DNA from: Gloeobacterales cyanobacterium
Lineage (GTDB): Bacteria > Cyanobacteriota > Cyanobacteriia > Gloeobacterales > PMM-0068
Direction: 5' to 3'
Length of the DNA: 64,000 nucleotides
NCBI GenBank assembly: GCA_038245785.1
Contig: JBBRSB010000001.1
Coordinates: forward strand, 64,001 to 128,000
In this document: positions 18,654 through 28,080 of the stretch, in pieces
Layout of the letters: every line of letters starts with the position of its first letter
How positions within the stretch are numbered: position 1 is the stretch's first letter
The notes under the pieces: generated by a model
What the model was told of the DNA's origin: nothing
Seen by the model: only the letters and a program-made list of their open reading frames with translations
Databases searched by the model: none
Position numbers and translations under genes: made by a program

Positions 18654-21137
18654 TCAAGAAGGCTGGATCGATACGTCCTGATTGGTTTTCATCAGCCATG
18701 CCATTGGAAAACCAACCACTGCTGGTTGGATAGTCATTTCTAGAGCATGGGGTAGGACATCTGCCAGAAATTCCACAGGCACCAATTCCAATTTTGCCTT
18801 CACTTCCTTGGGCAGTTCTTCCAAATCCCGAATATTTCCTATGGGGAAGAGGACTTTTTTAATCCCTGTACGAGCCGCTGCTAAGGTTTTTTCCTTAAGT
18901 CCGCCAATCATCAGGGCTCTGCCGCGTAGGGTGATTTCCCCAGTCATCGCAACGTCCCGCCGGACCGGATGTCCAGTGAGGGCGGAGATTAGGGCTGTAG
19001 CCATCGCTAGTCCGGCAGACGGACCATCTTTGGGCGTGGCTCCTTCGGGAATGTGGAAGTGGACATCCATTTCGCTGGGGAATTGGGTGGGGACCCCCAA
19101 GGCATCCCGATGGGCATGGATATAGCTAAAGGCCGCCTGAGCTGATTCTTTCATCACATCCCCAAGCTGGCCTGTGAGTTGGAGTTTGCCTTTTCCAGGC
19201 ATGACATTGACTTCTATTTGGAGCGTACAACCCCCAAAAGGAGTCCAGGCCAATCCCGTACAGACCCCTACTTGGTCTTTAGACATAATTTCATCCTGGA
19301 TGAACATGGGTTGCCCCAGATATTTCTCCAGATTTTGCTCCGTGACCACTACTTTTTGCTTAGGCGCTTTGAGGATTTGCCGAGCTGCTTTGCGACACAA
19401 GGCTCCAATCGTCCGCTCTAGGGTTCGTACGCCTGCCTCACGGGTGTATTCGCGCACAACACGCATCAGGGCCGGTTTCTGGATGATAAACCGGTCTTCT
19501 GTAAGGCCATGGCGACTGATTTGCTTGGGAATCAGGTGACGACGGGCAATCGCCTCTTTTTCCAATTCTGTATAGCTAGAGAGGGTCACTACTTCCATCC
19601 GGTCTAGAAGCGGACTGGGAATCGTGTCTATCGTATTGGCCGTACAGATGAAGAAAACTTCACTCAGGTCAAAGGGCAACTCGACAAAATGGTCACTGAA
19701 GTTGCTGTTTTGTTCTGGATCCAACACTTCTAGAAGGGCAGCAGCGGGATCTCCCTGCATTGAATATGAGAGTTTATCTACCTCATCGAGCAACATGACA
19801 GGATTCTTTTCACCCACGTCTTTCAACGCTTGGATAATCCGTCCTGGCAATGCTCCGATATAGGTACGGCGATGTCCCCGAATCTCGGCTTCATCTCGGA
19901 CGCCGCCTAAGCTGACTCGGACAAACTTACGATTCAATCCTCGGGCGATCGATTGAGCCAGCGAAGTTTTACCTACCCCTGGTGGACCGACCAAGCAAAG
20001 AATAGTCGGAGAGATCCTGGCCGGAGGCAATACTGGTTCTTTACTCTGCGGAGTCTCTGTGGATTGCAGCGTATTTTGCTGGAGCAACTGACGAACAGCT
20101 AAAAATTCTGTTATCCGCTCTTTGACCTTCTTCAACCCATGATGATCATTTTCGAGGATGCGTTCTGCCTCGTCCAAATCGAACGTTCCTTCTCCTCGCT
20201 TTTGCCAGGGTAAGCTGGCAATCCACTCTAGATAGTTACGCAATACGCCAGATTCAGGACTAACCGAAGGCAGTTTTTCTAAGCGTTTAAGCTCACGTTC
20301 CACCTTGGTTCTAGAGGCTTCTGATAAGCCAACTTGGTCTATGCGGATACGCAGCTCAGCATTCTCATCTAGCCCTTCACCCAATTCTTCTTGAATGATT
20401 TTCATCTGCTCACGCAGATAGTATTCTTTCTGAGCTTGCTCAATCTGTCCTCGCACTTTTTCGTGAATATTGAATTCCAGATTGAGAAGTTCCAACTGAC
20501 GATGCAAAAATTGACCGACTCTGGTCAAACGGCCATAGACACTGGTAGTTGAGAGCAGTTCTTGCTTTTGGGCTACATCAATTTGCAAGAACGAAGCCAA
20601 GAGGTCCGTGAGATGTTCGGGGTCTTCGATGCTCTTTACGGATTCAAAAGCCGATTCTGGCAGTTTTGGATGTCCTTGAACATAGCGACTGAAGTCTTCC
20701 AGCACAACTTTCTTGAGGGTCATCCATTCATCGACATCGGGGGTTTCTTCTTCCAGCAAAGGCGTGACAGAAACTTGATAAGAAGGGCTACGGCGGCGAA
20801 TTTTATCAATTTTGACCCGTTCGATCCCTTCTACCAGAACTTTGACAGAGCCATCGGGAAGCCGCATCATCTGATGGACTTGTACTAAAGTCCCTACCCG
20901 GTAAAGATCTTGGGCCTTGGGGTCCTCTACTTCGCTGTTCATCTGTGCTACCAGGACCAATTTTTCCTCATAGACGGTAACCGCTTCTTCTAGGGCCGCT
21001 AGAGAACGAGGCCGTCCAATCAGGAGCGGACACACCAGATGCGGAAAGACTACCGTGTCTCGCAAAGGCACCAGGGGATAGACATTAGCGGCTGGTGGAA
21101 GGGCCACAGACTTAACGGATTTAGTAGGCTTGGGCAC
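18654..21137 (-). CDS. lon: ATP-dependent Lon protease, full length
   Basis: PLRDTVVFP N-domain, GPPGVGKT, LLDEVDK, PKDGPSAG, IGGLKEK. Confidence 0.96.
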   Translation of the reverse strand: MPKPTKSVKSVALPPAANVYPLVPLRDTVVFPHLVCPLLIGRPRSLAALEEAVTVYEEKLVLVAQMNSEVEDPKAQDLYRVGTLVQVHQMMRLPDGSVKVLVEGIERVKIDKIRRRSPSYQVSVTPLLEEETPDVDEWMTLKKVVLEDFSRYVQGHPKLPESAFESVKSIEDPEHLTDLLASFLQIDVAQKQELLSTTSVYGRLTRVGQFLHRQLELLNLEFNIHEKVRGQIEQAQKEYYLREQMKIIQEELGEGLDENAELRIRIDQVGLSEASRTKVERELKRLEKLPSVSPESGVLRNYLEWIASLPWQKRGEGTFDLDEAERILENDHHGLKKVKERITEFLAVRQLLQQNTLQSTETPQSKEPVLPPARISPTILCLVGPPGVGKTSLAQSIARGLNRKFVRVSLGGVRDEAEIRGHRRTYIGALPGRIIQALKDVGEKNPVMLLDEVDKLSYSMQGDPAAALLEVLDPEQNSNFSDHFVELPFDLSEVFFICTANTIDTIPSPLLDRMEVVTLSSYTELEKEAIARRHLIPKQISRHGLTEDRFIIQKPALMRVVREYTREAGVRTLERTIGALCRKAARQILKAPKQKVVVTEQNLEKYLGQPMFIQDEIMSKDQVGVCTGLAWTPFGGCTLQIEVNVMPGKGKLQLTGQLGDVMKESAQAAFSYIHAHRDALGVPTQFPSEMDVHFHIPEGATPKDGPSAGLAMATALISALTGHPVRRDVAMTGEITLRGRALMIGGLKEKTLAAARTGIKKVLFPIGNIRDLEELPKEVKAKLELVPVEFLADVLPHALEMTIQPAVVGFPMAWLMKTNQDVSIQPS

Positions 21138-21314
21138 GGATGACCTTTGTTCTGCTGACTAGATCTTCAGAGCAGACTCTTCCATTGTATTTTCTGCTTG
21201 CACATGAGACTTATCTTTTCCGTGAAGGGAACCAGTGGGAGAGGATTTCAGGAATTTTTCTTCTGCATGTTTCCCAGTCGCTTGCGCTCATACAAACAAC
21301 AGGAAATTCTTCTA

Positions 21315-21344
21315 TAGACAGACCTGTAATATGTGTTGTAGTAT
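21315..21344 (+). promoter_or_regulatory. Candidate sigma70 promoter overlapped by two TGTA(A/G)TAT direct repeats
   Basis: TAGACA-N18-TAGTAT; TGTAATAT at 21325-21332 and TGTAGTAT at 21337-21344. Confidence 0.55.
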
Positions 21345-21377
21345 CTGCACATCTCTATATTTCGGCCCCAATTTTCC

Positions 21378-21569
21378 ATGAGTGTCACTTTAGCCATAGG
21401 AACTTTCTCTCTCTGCGCCTGGCATCCAGCAACGATGCTGACTGGAGATTTTTTGGCATTTGGTTATGGGCTCAGCGGTCTAAATATTTCGCAGATTTCA
21501 GAAAGAGATTTTATTAGCAACCGAGAGAAAGAACCAGTGAAAGTGGAGGGATGGTCACGATGCAGGTGA
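21378..21569 (+). CDS. Candidate 63-aa leader ORF
   Basis: ATG ORF lying between the candidate promoter and the terminator that precedes the HNH gene. Confidence 0.5.
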   Translation: MSVTLAIGTFSLCAWHPATMLTGDFLAFGYGLSGLNISQISERDFISNREKEPVKVEGWSRCR

Positions 21570-21603
21570 CCCCAAGCTAAATCAAGAAGACTAAAGACTT
21601 TTT

Positions 21604-21642
21604 GACCCCCCGCTTCTCAGAACTGAAGAGGGGGGTCTTTTT
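21604..21642 (+). terminator. Intrinsic terminator / attenuator hairpin directly upstream of the HNH gene
   Basis: GACCCCCC-G-CTTC / GAAG-A-GGGGGGTC stem followed by TTTTT. Confidence 0.8.
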
Positions 21643-22191
21643 ATGGCTAATCGAGGAGTGCAGGAGATGAATGACATACAGCAAGGCGCAAGACGGTTGG
21701 TAATAGTTTTCTCTACCAACTATCTACCTTTGAGCCGGATCGATATCCGTAGAGCGATCATTCTCTTGGTTTCTGGTAAGGCGCAGGACTTGGATTATGG
21801 GCAAGGCAGGGGCTGGACGGTGCGTTCTGCCAGGGCTAATTTTTATGTCCCTGAGCACATTCGGCTTCTTTCTCGCGCTGGTGAGCGTTTATGGAAGGTG
21901 CCTGCGGTCAATCGCAGGGAAGTCTTCCGTCGAGACATGCATAGCTGCCAGTACTGCGGTTCCAAGCACAATCTGACCCTGGACCATGTTTTTCCTCGCT
22001 CTCGGGGCGGCACCCACACCTGGAACAACGTAGTCACCGCCTGCTCTACCTGTAACCAGTTCAAAAGTGACCGCACCCCTGAAGAAGCAGGCATGGTGCT
22101 TCCTAAAAAGCTCACGGCCCCCATGCACCCAGCGGTCGCTTTTGCCGACCAGTTCTGGCAAGAGCAGCAAGCAGCCATGTCTAACGTTTAA
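21643..22191 (+). CDS. HNH endonuclease (true start may be 21667)
   Basis: RRDMHSCQYCG, LTLDHVFPRSRGG, WNNVVTACSTCNQFK. Confidence 0.92.
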   Translation: MANRGVQEMNDIQQGARRLVIVFSTNYLPLSRIDIRRAIILLVSGKAQDLDYGQGRGWTVRSARANFYVPEHIRLLSRAGERLWKVPAVNRREVFRRDMHSCQYCGSKHNLTLDHVFPRSRGGTHTWNNVVTACSTCNQFKSDRTPEEAGMVLPKKLTAPMHPAVAFADQFWQEQQAAMSNV

Positions 22192-22206
22192 GCCCCATCG
22201 CGTGAG

Positions 22207-22581
22207 GTGAAACCCATGTTGAAAATCGTTTACACCGCCGATAGCATCACGGTCACCTGCTTGGCTGGTCGCTTGGAGCGTATCGTGGCGCAACGGTCTG
22301 TTCTTTCTGTGCGGCTAGGTGAATCTTTCCATATTCAGCAAGGCATTGCTACGCTTTTGCTCCCTTTGGATCTTGCGGGCATTGAAGAGCTAGGAGCTGA
22401 GTTGAACCCTTATCCGGTGGACGCTGAATTTTTAGAAGTCTCTTTGCCAGGAATCTGGTTAACCCAGGACCTTGAGGCTCAAGCAGGCGTGTTCTTGTCT
22501 GTACTACAACCAACAACGGAAGTAGTGCTGAATACGCTCTGGCAAAAGGCCCAGCTATTGGCAGCTTCTTCACGTTTCTAG
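22207..22581 (+). CDS. alr0857-family protein
   Basis: MLKIVYT...LERIVAQRSVLSVRLG...LPGIWL...GVF; position downstream of this HNH type. Confidence 0.7.
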   Translation: MKPMLKIVYTADSITVTCLAGRLERIVAQRSVLSVRLGESFHIQQGIATLLLPLDLAGIEELGAELNPYPVDAEFLEVSLPGIWLTQDLEAQAGVFLSVLQPTTEVVLNTLWQKAQLLAASSRF

Positions 22582-22629
22582 AAGCCAAAGGGTAAGTCAC
22601 AATAGAACCTAGTGCATAAGGCAATAAAA

Positions 22630-23298
22630 ATGGTCAGCACAGCGAAACGGATTGAGGCTAGCCCTTTCGGCGAAAGACGAGTGACGATTCATCACCTAAA
22701 TTGGCAAGCCTATCAGCAAATTTTGACAGCTCTTCCCGAAACCCGCGCTACTCGCCTCACCTACGATCATGGAACGCTGGAGATCAGTATGCCGTTGGAA
22801 GATCATGAATTTGCCGTCCGTCTGATTGAACTTTTCATTCGGATTCTGGTGGTGGAAATGGGCTTGAAGCTCAAAACCATGGGATCTACAACGCTTGATC
22901 GCGAAGATTTACAGCGAGGATCAGAACCCGATAATGCCTACTACATCCAAAATCAGCCCAAAGTTGCTGGTCGCAATGTTGACATTACTCAAGACCCACC
23001 GCCTGACTTAATTGTTGAGGTGGATATCACTCATACAGACATTAATAAAAATGCTCTCTACGCCAGCATGGGTGTTCCTGAGTTTTGGCGATTCAATGGA
23101 CAAACGTGGCGAATTTTCAAATTAATGGAAAAAAGATACGAGGAAGTTGACCATAGCCCAACTTTTTCCTGGGTAGAAAAGGTGCAGCTTTATAATTTTT
23201 TGGAACAAGCTCAGCTTGATGAAGTTGAAGCAGAAATAAGCTTTCGTAATCAAGTTAGACAATGGTTAGCAAATCAGACAAAACAAACAGATAGCTAA
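22630..23298 (+). CDS. Uma2-family endonuclease
   Basis: RLTYDHGTLEISMP, EPDNAYY, PPPDLIVEVD, GVPEFW. Confidence 0.92.
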   Translation: MVSTAKRIEASPFGERRVTIHHLNWQAYQQILTALPETRATRLTYDHGTLEISMPLEDHEFAVRLIELFIRILVVEMGLKLKTMGSTTLDREDLQRGSEPDNAYYIQNQPKVAGRNVDITQDPPPDLIVEVDITHTDINKNALYASMGVPEFWRFNGQTWRIFKLMEKRYEEVDHSPTFSWVEKVQLYNFLEQAQLDEVEAEISFRNQVRQWLANQTKQTDS

Positions 23299-23613
23299 AG
23301 AACGTCGAAGGATGCTCGAACAGTCGCTGCTTCTCTGGTGATTTCCATAGTTCCTTCTTAACTGACTGGACCCCACGGTTAGCTGCTACTTCGAGACAAT
23401 TTTTTGGTGGTCTGAATTTATCGGCATAATAAAAGCATCCTTCAATGCCGTTAAACCGCCGTTAAATGTTAATTCCCTTTGAGCCCAGATTTACGATTAC
23501 ACCCAGGGTAGCCAACGCATCTTAGTCTCAGAAAAACTGATCCAAACCCTCCACGCGCTGGTAATGGCTGGTGGACGGACGCTTGCAACCTCAAAAGCAA
23601 TCAAGGAGGAGCT

Positions 23614-23853
23614 TCACTGGAGAACTTCCCAGGCGCTTTCAGGGAGAACGGGAGCGACCACATCGCCTAGGATTTCACCTGTGTCTTTCATAAATCCAAA
23701 GGCGGGACGTTGTGGGCGAGCCGCAGACTCAGACTGGGGGGAAGTGTCTTTTTTCATGTCGTTTTTTAACGATTTCAGGATCGTTTCAATGATGGTGATT
23801 CGCTCCTCAATCGAGACATTTTGCAGCTTTTCAAGGGTTTCTGAGTCAATCAT
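23614..23853 (-). CDS. Antitoxin-like small protein (type usually paired with a PIN toxin)
   Basis: C-terminal RPAFGFMKDTGEILGDVVAPVLPESAWEVL; overlaps a GTG-KLLLD PIN-like stub. Confidence 0.65.
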   Translation of the reverse strand: MIDSETLEKLQNVSIEERITIIETILKSLKNDMKKDTSPQSESAARPQRPAFGFMKDTGEILGDVVAPVLPESAWEVLQ

Positions 23854-23944
23854 GTCTTTGCTCCTGAGTCGAATCACTCAATTCATGCCTCAATTCTAGT
23901 CTTTATCGTGGTTCTGACGGGAGCACCGCTAAGTCAATCAAGCC

Positions 23945-26011
23945 TCAAACCTCCATCCCTAAGGTCTTCACCAAAAAAGCCCAGCGGTCAGCAGCTTCTT
24001 CAATCACCTTAGTTGTAGGTTTTCCTGCTCCATGACCCGCCTTCGTCTCAATGCGAATCAGGACAGGAGCTTCGCCCTGATGAGTTTCCTGAAGGGCCGC
24101 AGCGAACTTAAAACTATGGGCTGGTACTACACGGTCGTCATGGTCTGCAGTGGTAACGAGGGTTGCAGGATAAGCCGTGCCTGGTTTTAGGTTATGTAAA
24201 GGAGAGTAAGCGTAGAGCGCCTTGAATTCTTCTGCATCATCCGAAGAACCATAGTCCGCCACCCAAGCCCAGCCAATCGTGAACTTCTGGAAGCGCAGCA
24301 TATCCATAACGCCAACAGCCGGTAAGGCAGCGCAGAATAAATCGGGCCGTTGGGTCATGCAGGCTCCAACCAAAAGACCACCATTGCTTCCTCCTCCGAT
24401 AGCAAGCTTGGTCGGGGAAGTGTATTGATGGGCAATCAGCCATTCTGCAGCTGCAATAAAGTCATCAAAAACGTTTTGCTTCTTGAGCTTTACCCCCGCC
24501 TGGTGCCAATCTTCGCCATATTCACCGCCACCCCGCAGATTCGGAAGGGCATAGACTCCACCCATTTCCATCCAAACCAAACTACTTACAGAAAAACCCG
24601 GCGTCATCGAAGCATTAAAGCCTCCATAGCCATAGAGATAGGTCGGATTATTTCCATCTAGCTTCAAGCCCTTTTTATGGGTGATAAACATCGGTACTTT
24701 AGTCCCATCTTTGCTCTTATAAAAGACTTGTTTGGTCTCATAAGCGTTGGGGTCAAAATCTACGTTTGGTTGTCGGAAGATAGTGCTTGTTCCACTCACC
24801 ATGTCATAGCGATAAATGGCATTGGGTGTAGTAAAACCAGTGAAACTATAAAAGGTTTCTGTATCCGCTCTTTTACCTCCAAAGCCACCTGCAGAGCCCA
24901 GCCCCGGCAATAGAACTTCTCGTACAAAAGAGCCATCTAGATTAAAAATCTTGATTTGGGTATGGGCATCTTTTAGATAGGAAGCGACAAACTGATGATT
25001 TAAAACACCAATCCCGCCTAGGGTCTCTGCCGCTTGCGGAATAATTTCTCGCCAGTTTTTTTGGCTAGGGTTACTAATATCAAGGGCAATGGCACGACCA
25101 CGGGGTGCCTCTAAGTCTGTCTGAAACCAAAATACAGTCCCCTCATGGTCAATAAAACTGTAATTGGCTTCAAAGCGATTAATCAGTTCTACAACAGGGG
25201 CATCAGTCATGGATAAATCTTTGTAGAAAACTAAGTTCTTGGAGTCTGTCCCTTTCCAAACTGAAATGATTAAATAGGTTCCATCTTCCGTGACATCACC
25301 ACTAAAGCCCCACTCTTTCTGATCAGGACGTTCATAAACTAAGATATCTTCAGACTGGAGAGTGCCTAAATGATGATAAAAGAGCTTCTGAAAATAGTTA
25401 GCATCTTGTAGTTTGGTGGTTTCGTTGGGTTCGTCGTAGCGGCTATAGAAAAACCCTTTACTATCTTGGGTCCAGGAAGCTCCGGAGAACTTACTCCACT
25501 TCAGATAATCCGCTAAGTCTCGGCCTGATTCCACTTCCCGCACCTTCCATTCTTGCCAATCAGAACCGGAAGTGGATAAGCTGTAGGCCAAAAATTTTCC
25601 ATTCTCGCTAATCGACAGGCCCGCAAGTGCTACCGTTCCATCTTCGGAGAGGGTGTTCGGGTCTAGTAGTACGGTCGGTTCACCCTCCAGATTGGTCAGC
25701 GTGTAAAGGACACTCTGGTTTTGCAGTCCGTCATTTTTGAAGTAGAAATAGCGCTCACCCTTTTTAAAAGGCACCCCATACTTCTCATAATCCCAAAGTT
25801 GGGTCAGACGCTCTTTGATGCGTTCACGGGCAGGAATGGCTTCAAGATAGGCGAAAGTGACTTTATTCTCCGCTTCTACCCAGGCTTTAGTCTCTTCTGA
25901 ATCCGGGTCTTCCAGCCAACGGTATGGGTCCGATACTGGAGTTCCATGATAATCATCGACATGTTCAACTTTGGCGGCTTGTGGATAGACCAGCGGGAGA
26001 TCAGGGTTCAT
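23945..26011 (-). CDS. Prolyl oligopeptidase (S9A)
   Basis: DPYRWLED, GGSNGGLL, DHDDRVVP, AGHG. Confidence 0.95.
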   Translation of the reverse strand: MNPDLPLVYPQAAKVEHVDDYHGTPVSDPYRWLEDPDSEETKAWVEAENKVTFAYLEAIPARERIKERLTQLWDYEKYGVPFKKGERYFYFKNDGLQNQSVLYTLTNLEGEPTVLLDPNTLSEDGTVALAGLSISENGKFLAYSLSTSGSDWQEWKVREVESGRDLADYLKWSKFSGASWTQDSKGFFYSRYDEPNETTKLQDANYFQKLFYHHLGTLQSEDILVYERPDQKEWGFSGDVTEDGTYLIISVWKGTDSKNLVFYKDLSMTDAPVVELINRFEANYSFIDHEGTVFWFQTDLEAPRGRAIALDISNPSQKNWREIIPQAAETLGGIGVLNHQFVASYLKDAHTQIKIFNLDGSFVREVLLPGLGSAGGFGGKRADTETFYSFTGFTTPNAIYRYDMVSGTSTIFRQPNVDFDPNAYETKQVFYKSKDGTKVPMFITHKKGLKLDGNNPTYLYGYGGFNASMTPGFSVSSLVWMEMGGVYALPNLRGGGEYGEDWHQAGVKLKKQNVFDDFIAAAEWLIAHQYTSPTKLAIGGGSNGGLLVGACMTQRPDLFCAALPAVGVMDMLRFQKFTIGWAWVADYGSSDDAEEFKALYAYSPLHNLKPGTAYPATLVTTADHDDRVVPAHSFKFAAALQETHQGEAPVLIRIETKAGHGAGKPTTKVIEEAADRWAFLVKTLGMEV

Positions 26012-26122
26012 GGATACCGAAAAATGCAGCAGGCACTTCTTAAGGCTATCGTCCGAACGCTGATCTAGCCAACTTCCACTGCTACAATGACGGGCCGAAG
26101 CTTAGTTGCCTGTGGATTAATC

Positions 26123-26920
26123 ATGGCTGGACACAGTAAATGGGCGAATATCAAGCGCCAGAAAGCACGGGTGGACTCCGCGCGAGGCAGGGTCTTCACC
26201 AAAGTTTCCCGTGAGATCATTGTGGCGGCTCGTAGTGGAGAGGCAGACCCAGCCGCCAATTTTCAACTGCGGACCGCCATCGAAAAAGCAAAAGCAGCAG
26301 GGATTCCTAATGACAACATCGAGCGCTCGATTGCTAAAGGCAGCGGCACGTTTGGCGGAAATGATGCCTTGGAAGCGATTCGCTATGAAGGCTATGGTCC
26401 TGGGGGCGTCGCCGTGTTGATTGAAGCCTTGACCGATAATCGCAACCGGACGGCGGCTGACCTGCGTTCGGCCTTTGGTAAGAATGGGGGCAACTTGGGA
26501 GAAACGGGCTGTGTCGGTTGGATGTTTGAGAAAAAAGGAGTGGCCGTCGTCTATGCGCCCTTAGATGCCAAGGGCCGAAGTCAGGAGTTGGATGAAGCGG
26601 CACTCCTAGAAGAGGTCCTTGAAGCAGACGCCGAATCCTATGAGCTCTTTGAAGATGAAGACGCCGATGCCATGGGAGCCGAAGTATTCACCACCGTCGA
26701 GCATCTGGAAGCCCTTTCACAAGTCCTCAGTGCCCAGGGCTACCGCGTCACCAGTGAAGAACGTTGGATTGCCAATAATCAAGTGAGTGTCATGGACCCA
26801 GAGCAAGCTCGATTGCTCCTGCGGCTAATGGATACGCTGGAAGAGCTAGATGATATTCAGAGCGTTACCGCTAATTTTGAGATGGCGGATGATCTTATGG
26901 CTTTGAGCATGAACGGATAA
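26123..26920 (+). CDS. yebC: YebC/PmpR-family protein
   Basis: MAGHSKWANIK, YEGYGPGG, TDNRNRT. Confidence 0.95.
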   Translation: MAGHSKWANIKRQKARVDSARGRVFTKVSREIIVAARSGEADPAANFQLRTAIEKAKAAGIPNDNIERSIAKGSGTFGGNDALEAIRYEGYGPGGVAVLIEALTDNRNRTAADLRSAFGKNGGNLGETGCVGWMFEKKGVAVVYAPLDAKGRSQELDEAALLEEVLEADAESYELFEDEDADAMGAEVFTTVEHLEALSQVLSAQGYRVTSEERWIANNQVSVMDPEQARLLLRLMDTLEELDDIQSVTANFEMADDLMALSMNG

Positions 26921-26965
26921 CTTTTTAAGTTCCACAAACGATAGAAAGAGCTAAACTTCACATCT

Positions 26966-27376
26966 ATGAACATTCCTATTCAACAGATTGCCGTCGCCGT
27001 GATCGTGCATCAAGGCAAAATTTTGATTGACCAGCGCCCTCCAGGGGGCGTTTTAGCAGGACTGTGGGAATTTCCAGGAGGCAAAATTGAAGCCTCCGAA
27101 ACCGCAGAGCAGTGTGCAGTGCGAGAAGCCCGAGAAGAAGTTGGGCTGACGATTAAGACAGAAGCCTTTATTGCGGCCGTAGAACACGACTATGGCGACA
27201 AAATAGTTCAGCTACAGGCCTATTTGTGTCGCGTTCTCAGCGGAGAAGCCCAAGCCCTAGAATGCAGTGCAGTGCGCTGGATTCTCCCTGAAGAACTAGA
27301 GAAATATCCATTTCCACCCCTAAATGCCCAGCTCATTAAACCAATTCGTCTAACGCTTAATGCTCTAAAATCCTAG
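26966..27376 (+). CDS. mutT: 8-oxo-dGTP diphosphatase (Nudix)
   Basis: GLWEFPGGKIE...REAREEVG Nudix box. Confidence 0.85.
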   Translation: MNIPIQQIAVAVIVHQGKILIDQRPPGGVLAGLWEFPGGKIEASETAEQCAVREAREEVGLTIKTEAFIAAVEHDYGDKIVQLQAYLCRVLSGEAQALECSAVRWILPEELEKYPFPPLNAQLIKPIRLTLNALKS

Positions 27377-27496
27377 CCTTTGGGTCGAGGTAGGCTCACC
27401 AAGAAAGAGCCGTTTTCATCAGAGAACATCCAACATGGAAATTCATTATCAAAGGATAAGAATAGGGTTTTGTCCCCAACTGGAGGTAATTGACCA

Positions 27497-27832
27497 ATGG
27501 CTAAAATAGATCAATACCGAGAGATTGTGCAAAAACTTCTGCAAGACTATGCCGACTTTAGCCGGGATGACTCAGAAGTCGAAACTGAACTCATTTGCGA
27601 TGCGACTAGAGATCATTACCAACTTGTTCATGTTGGTTGGCAAGGCGAGCGACGAGTCTATGGTTGCATTTTACACTTAGATATCAAAGACGAAAAAATC
27701 TGGATCCAACATAACGGTACAGAAAACGATATTGCGGAAGAACTCGTAGATATGGGTATTCCCAAAACCGATATCGTGATTGGCTTTCATTCTGCTTTCA
27801 AACGCCAGTTTACAGAATATGCCGTCAGTTAA
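27497..27832 (+). CDS. xisI: XisI-family protein
   Basis: DHYQLVHVGW, HLDIKDEKIWIQHNGTE, DIVIGFH. Confidence 0.9.
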   Translation: MAKIDQYREIVQKLLQDYADFSRDDSEVETELICDATRDHYQLVHVGWQGERRVYGCILHLDIKDEKIWIQHNGTENDIAEELVDMGIPKTDIVIGFHSAFKRQFTEYAVS

Positions 27833-27846
27833 TTAGAGGAAACCTT

Positions 27847-28080
27847 GTGAACATCATTAAACTCTTAAAAGACAACGAACATCAGTTCATCGATCTGCCC
27901 CAGAGTTATCAAATTGAGGGCGAAGAAGCTTATATCAAAAAAGTTGGCAACGTCATCCTTCTGATTCCCAAAGATAATCCCTGGCAAACCCTATTCAACA
28001 GCCTAGAATTGTTCTCCGATGACTTTATGGAACAGCGAAAACAGCCAGCCCAGCCAGAACGGGAGACATTATTTGAATGA
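27847..28080 (+). CDS. vapB: VapB/VagC-type antitoxin
   Basis: AbrB-like Q.I.LP...YIKKVGN..LLIP...W; overlaps the vapC start. Confidence 0.8.
   Translation: MNIIKLLKDNEHQFIDLPQSYQIEGEEAYIKKVGNVILLIPKDNPWQTLFNSLELFSDDFMEQRKQPAQPERETLFE

Noticed and set aside
21140..21517. 125-aa ORF in the lon-HNH intergenic region
   Set aside because: Non-ATG start, no recognisable features, overlaps the promoter and leader
21643..22191. HNH gene as IscB/Cas9-like RNA-guided nuclease
   Set aside because: Only about 180 aa, with no RuvC motifs or PLMP domain and no transposon ends
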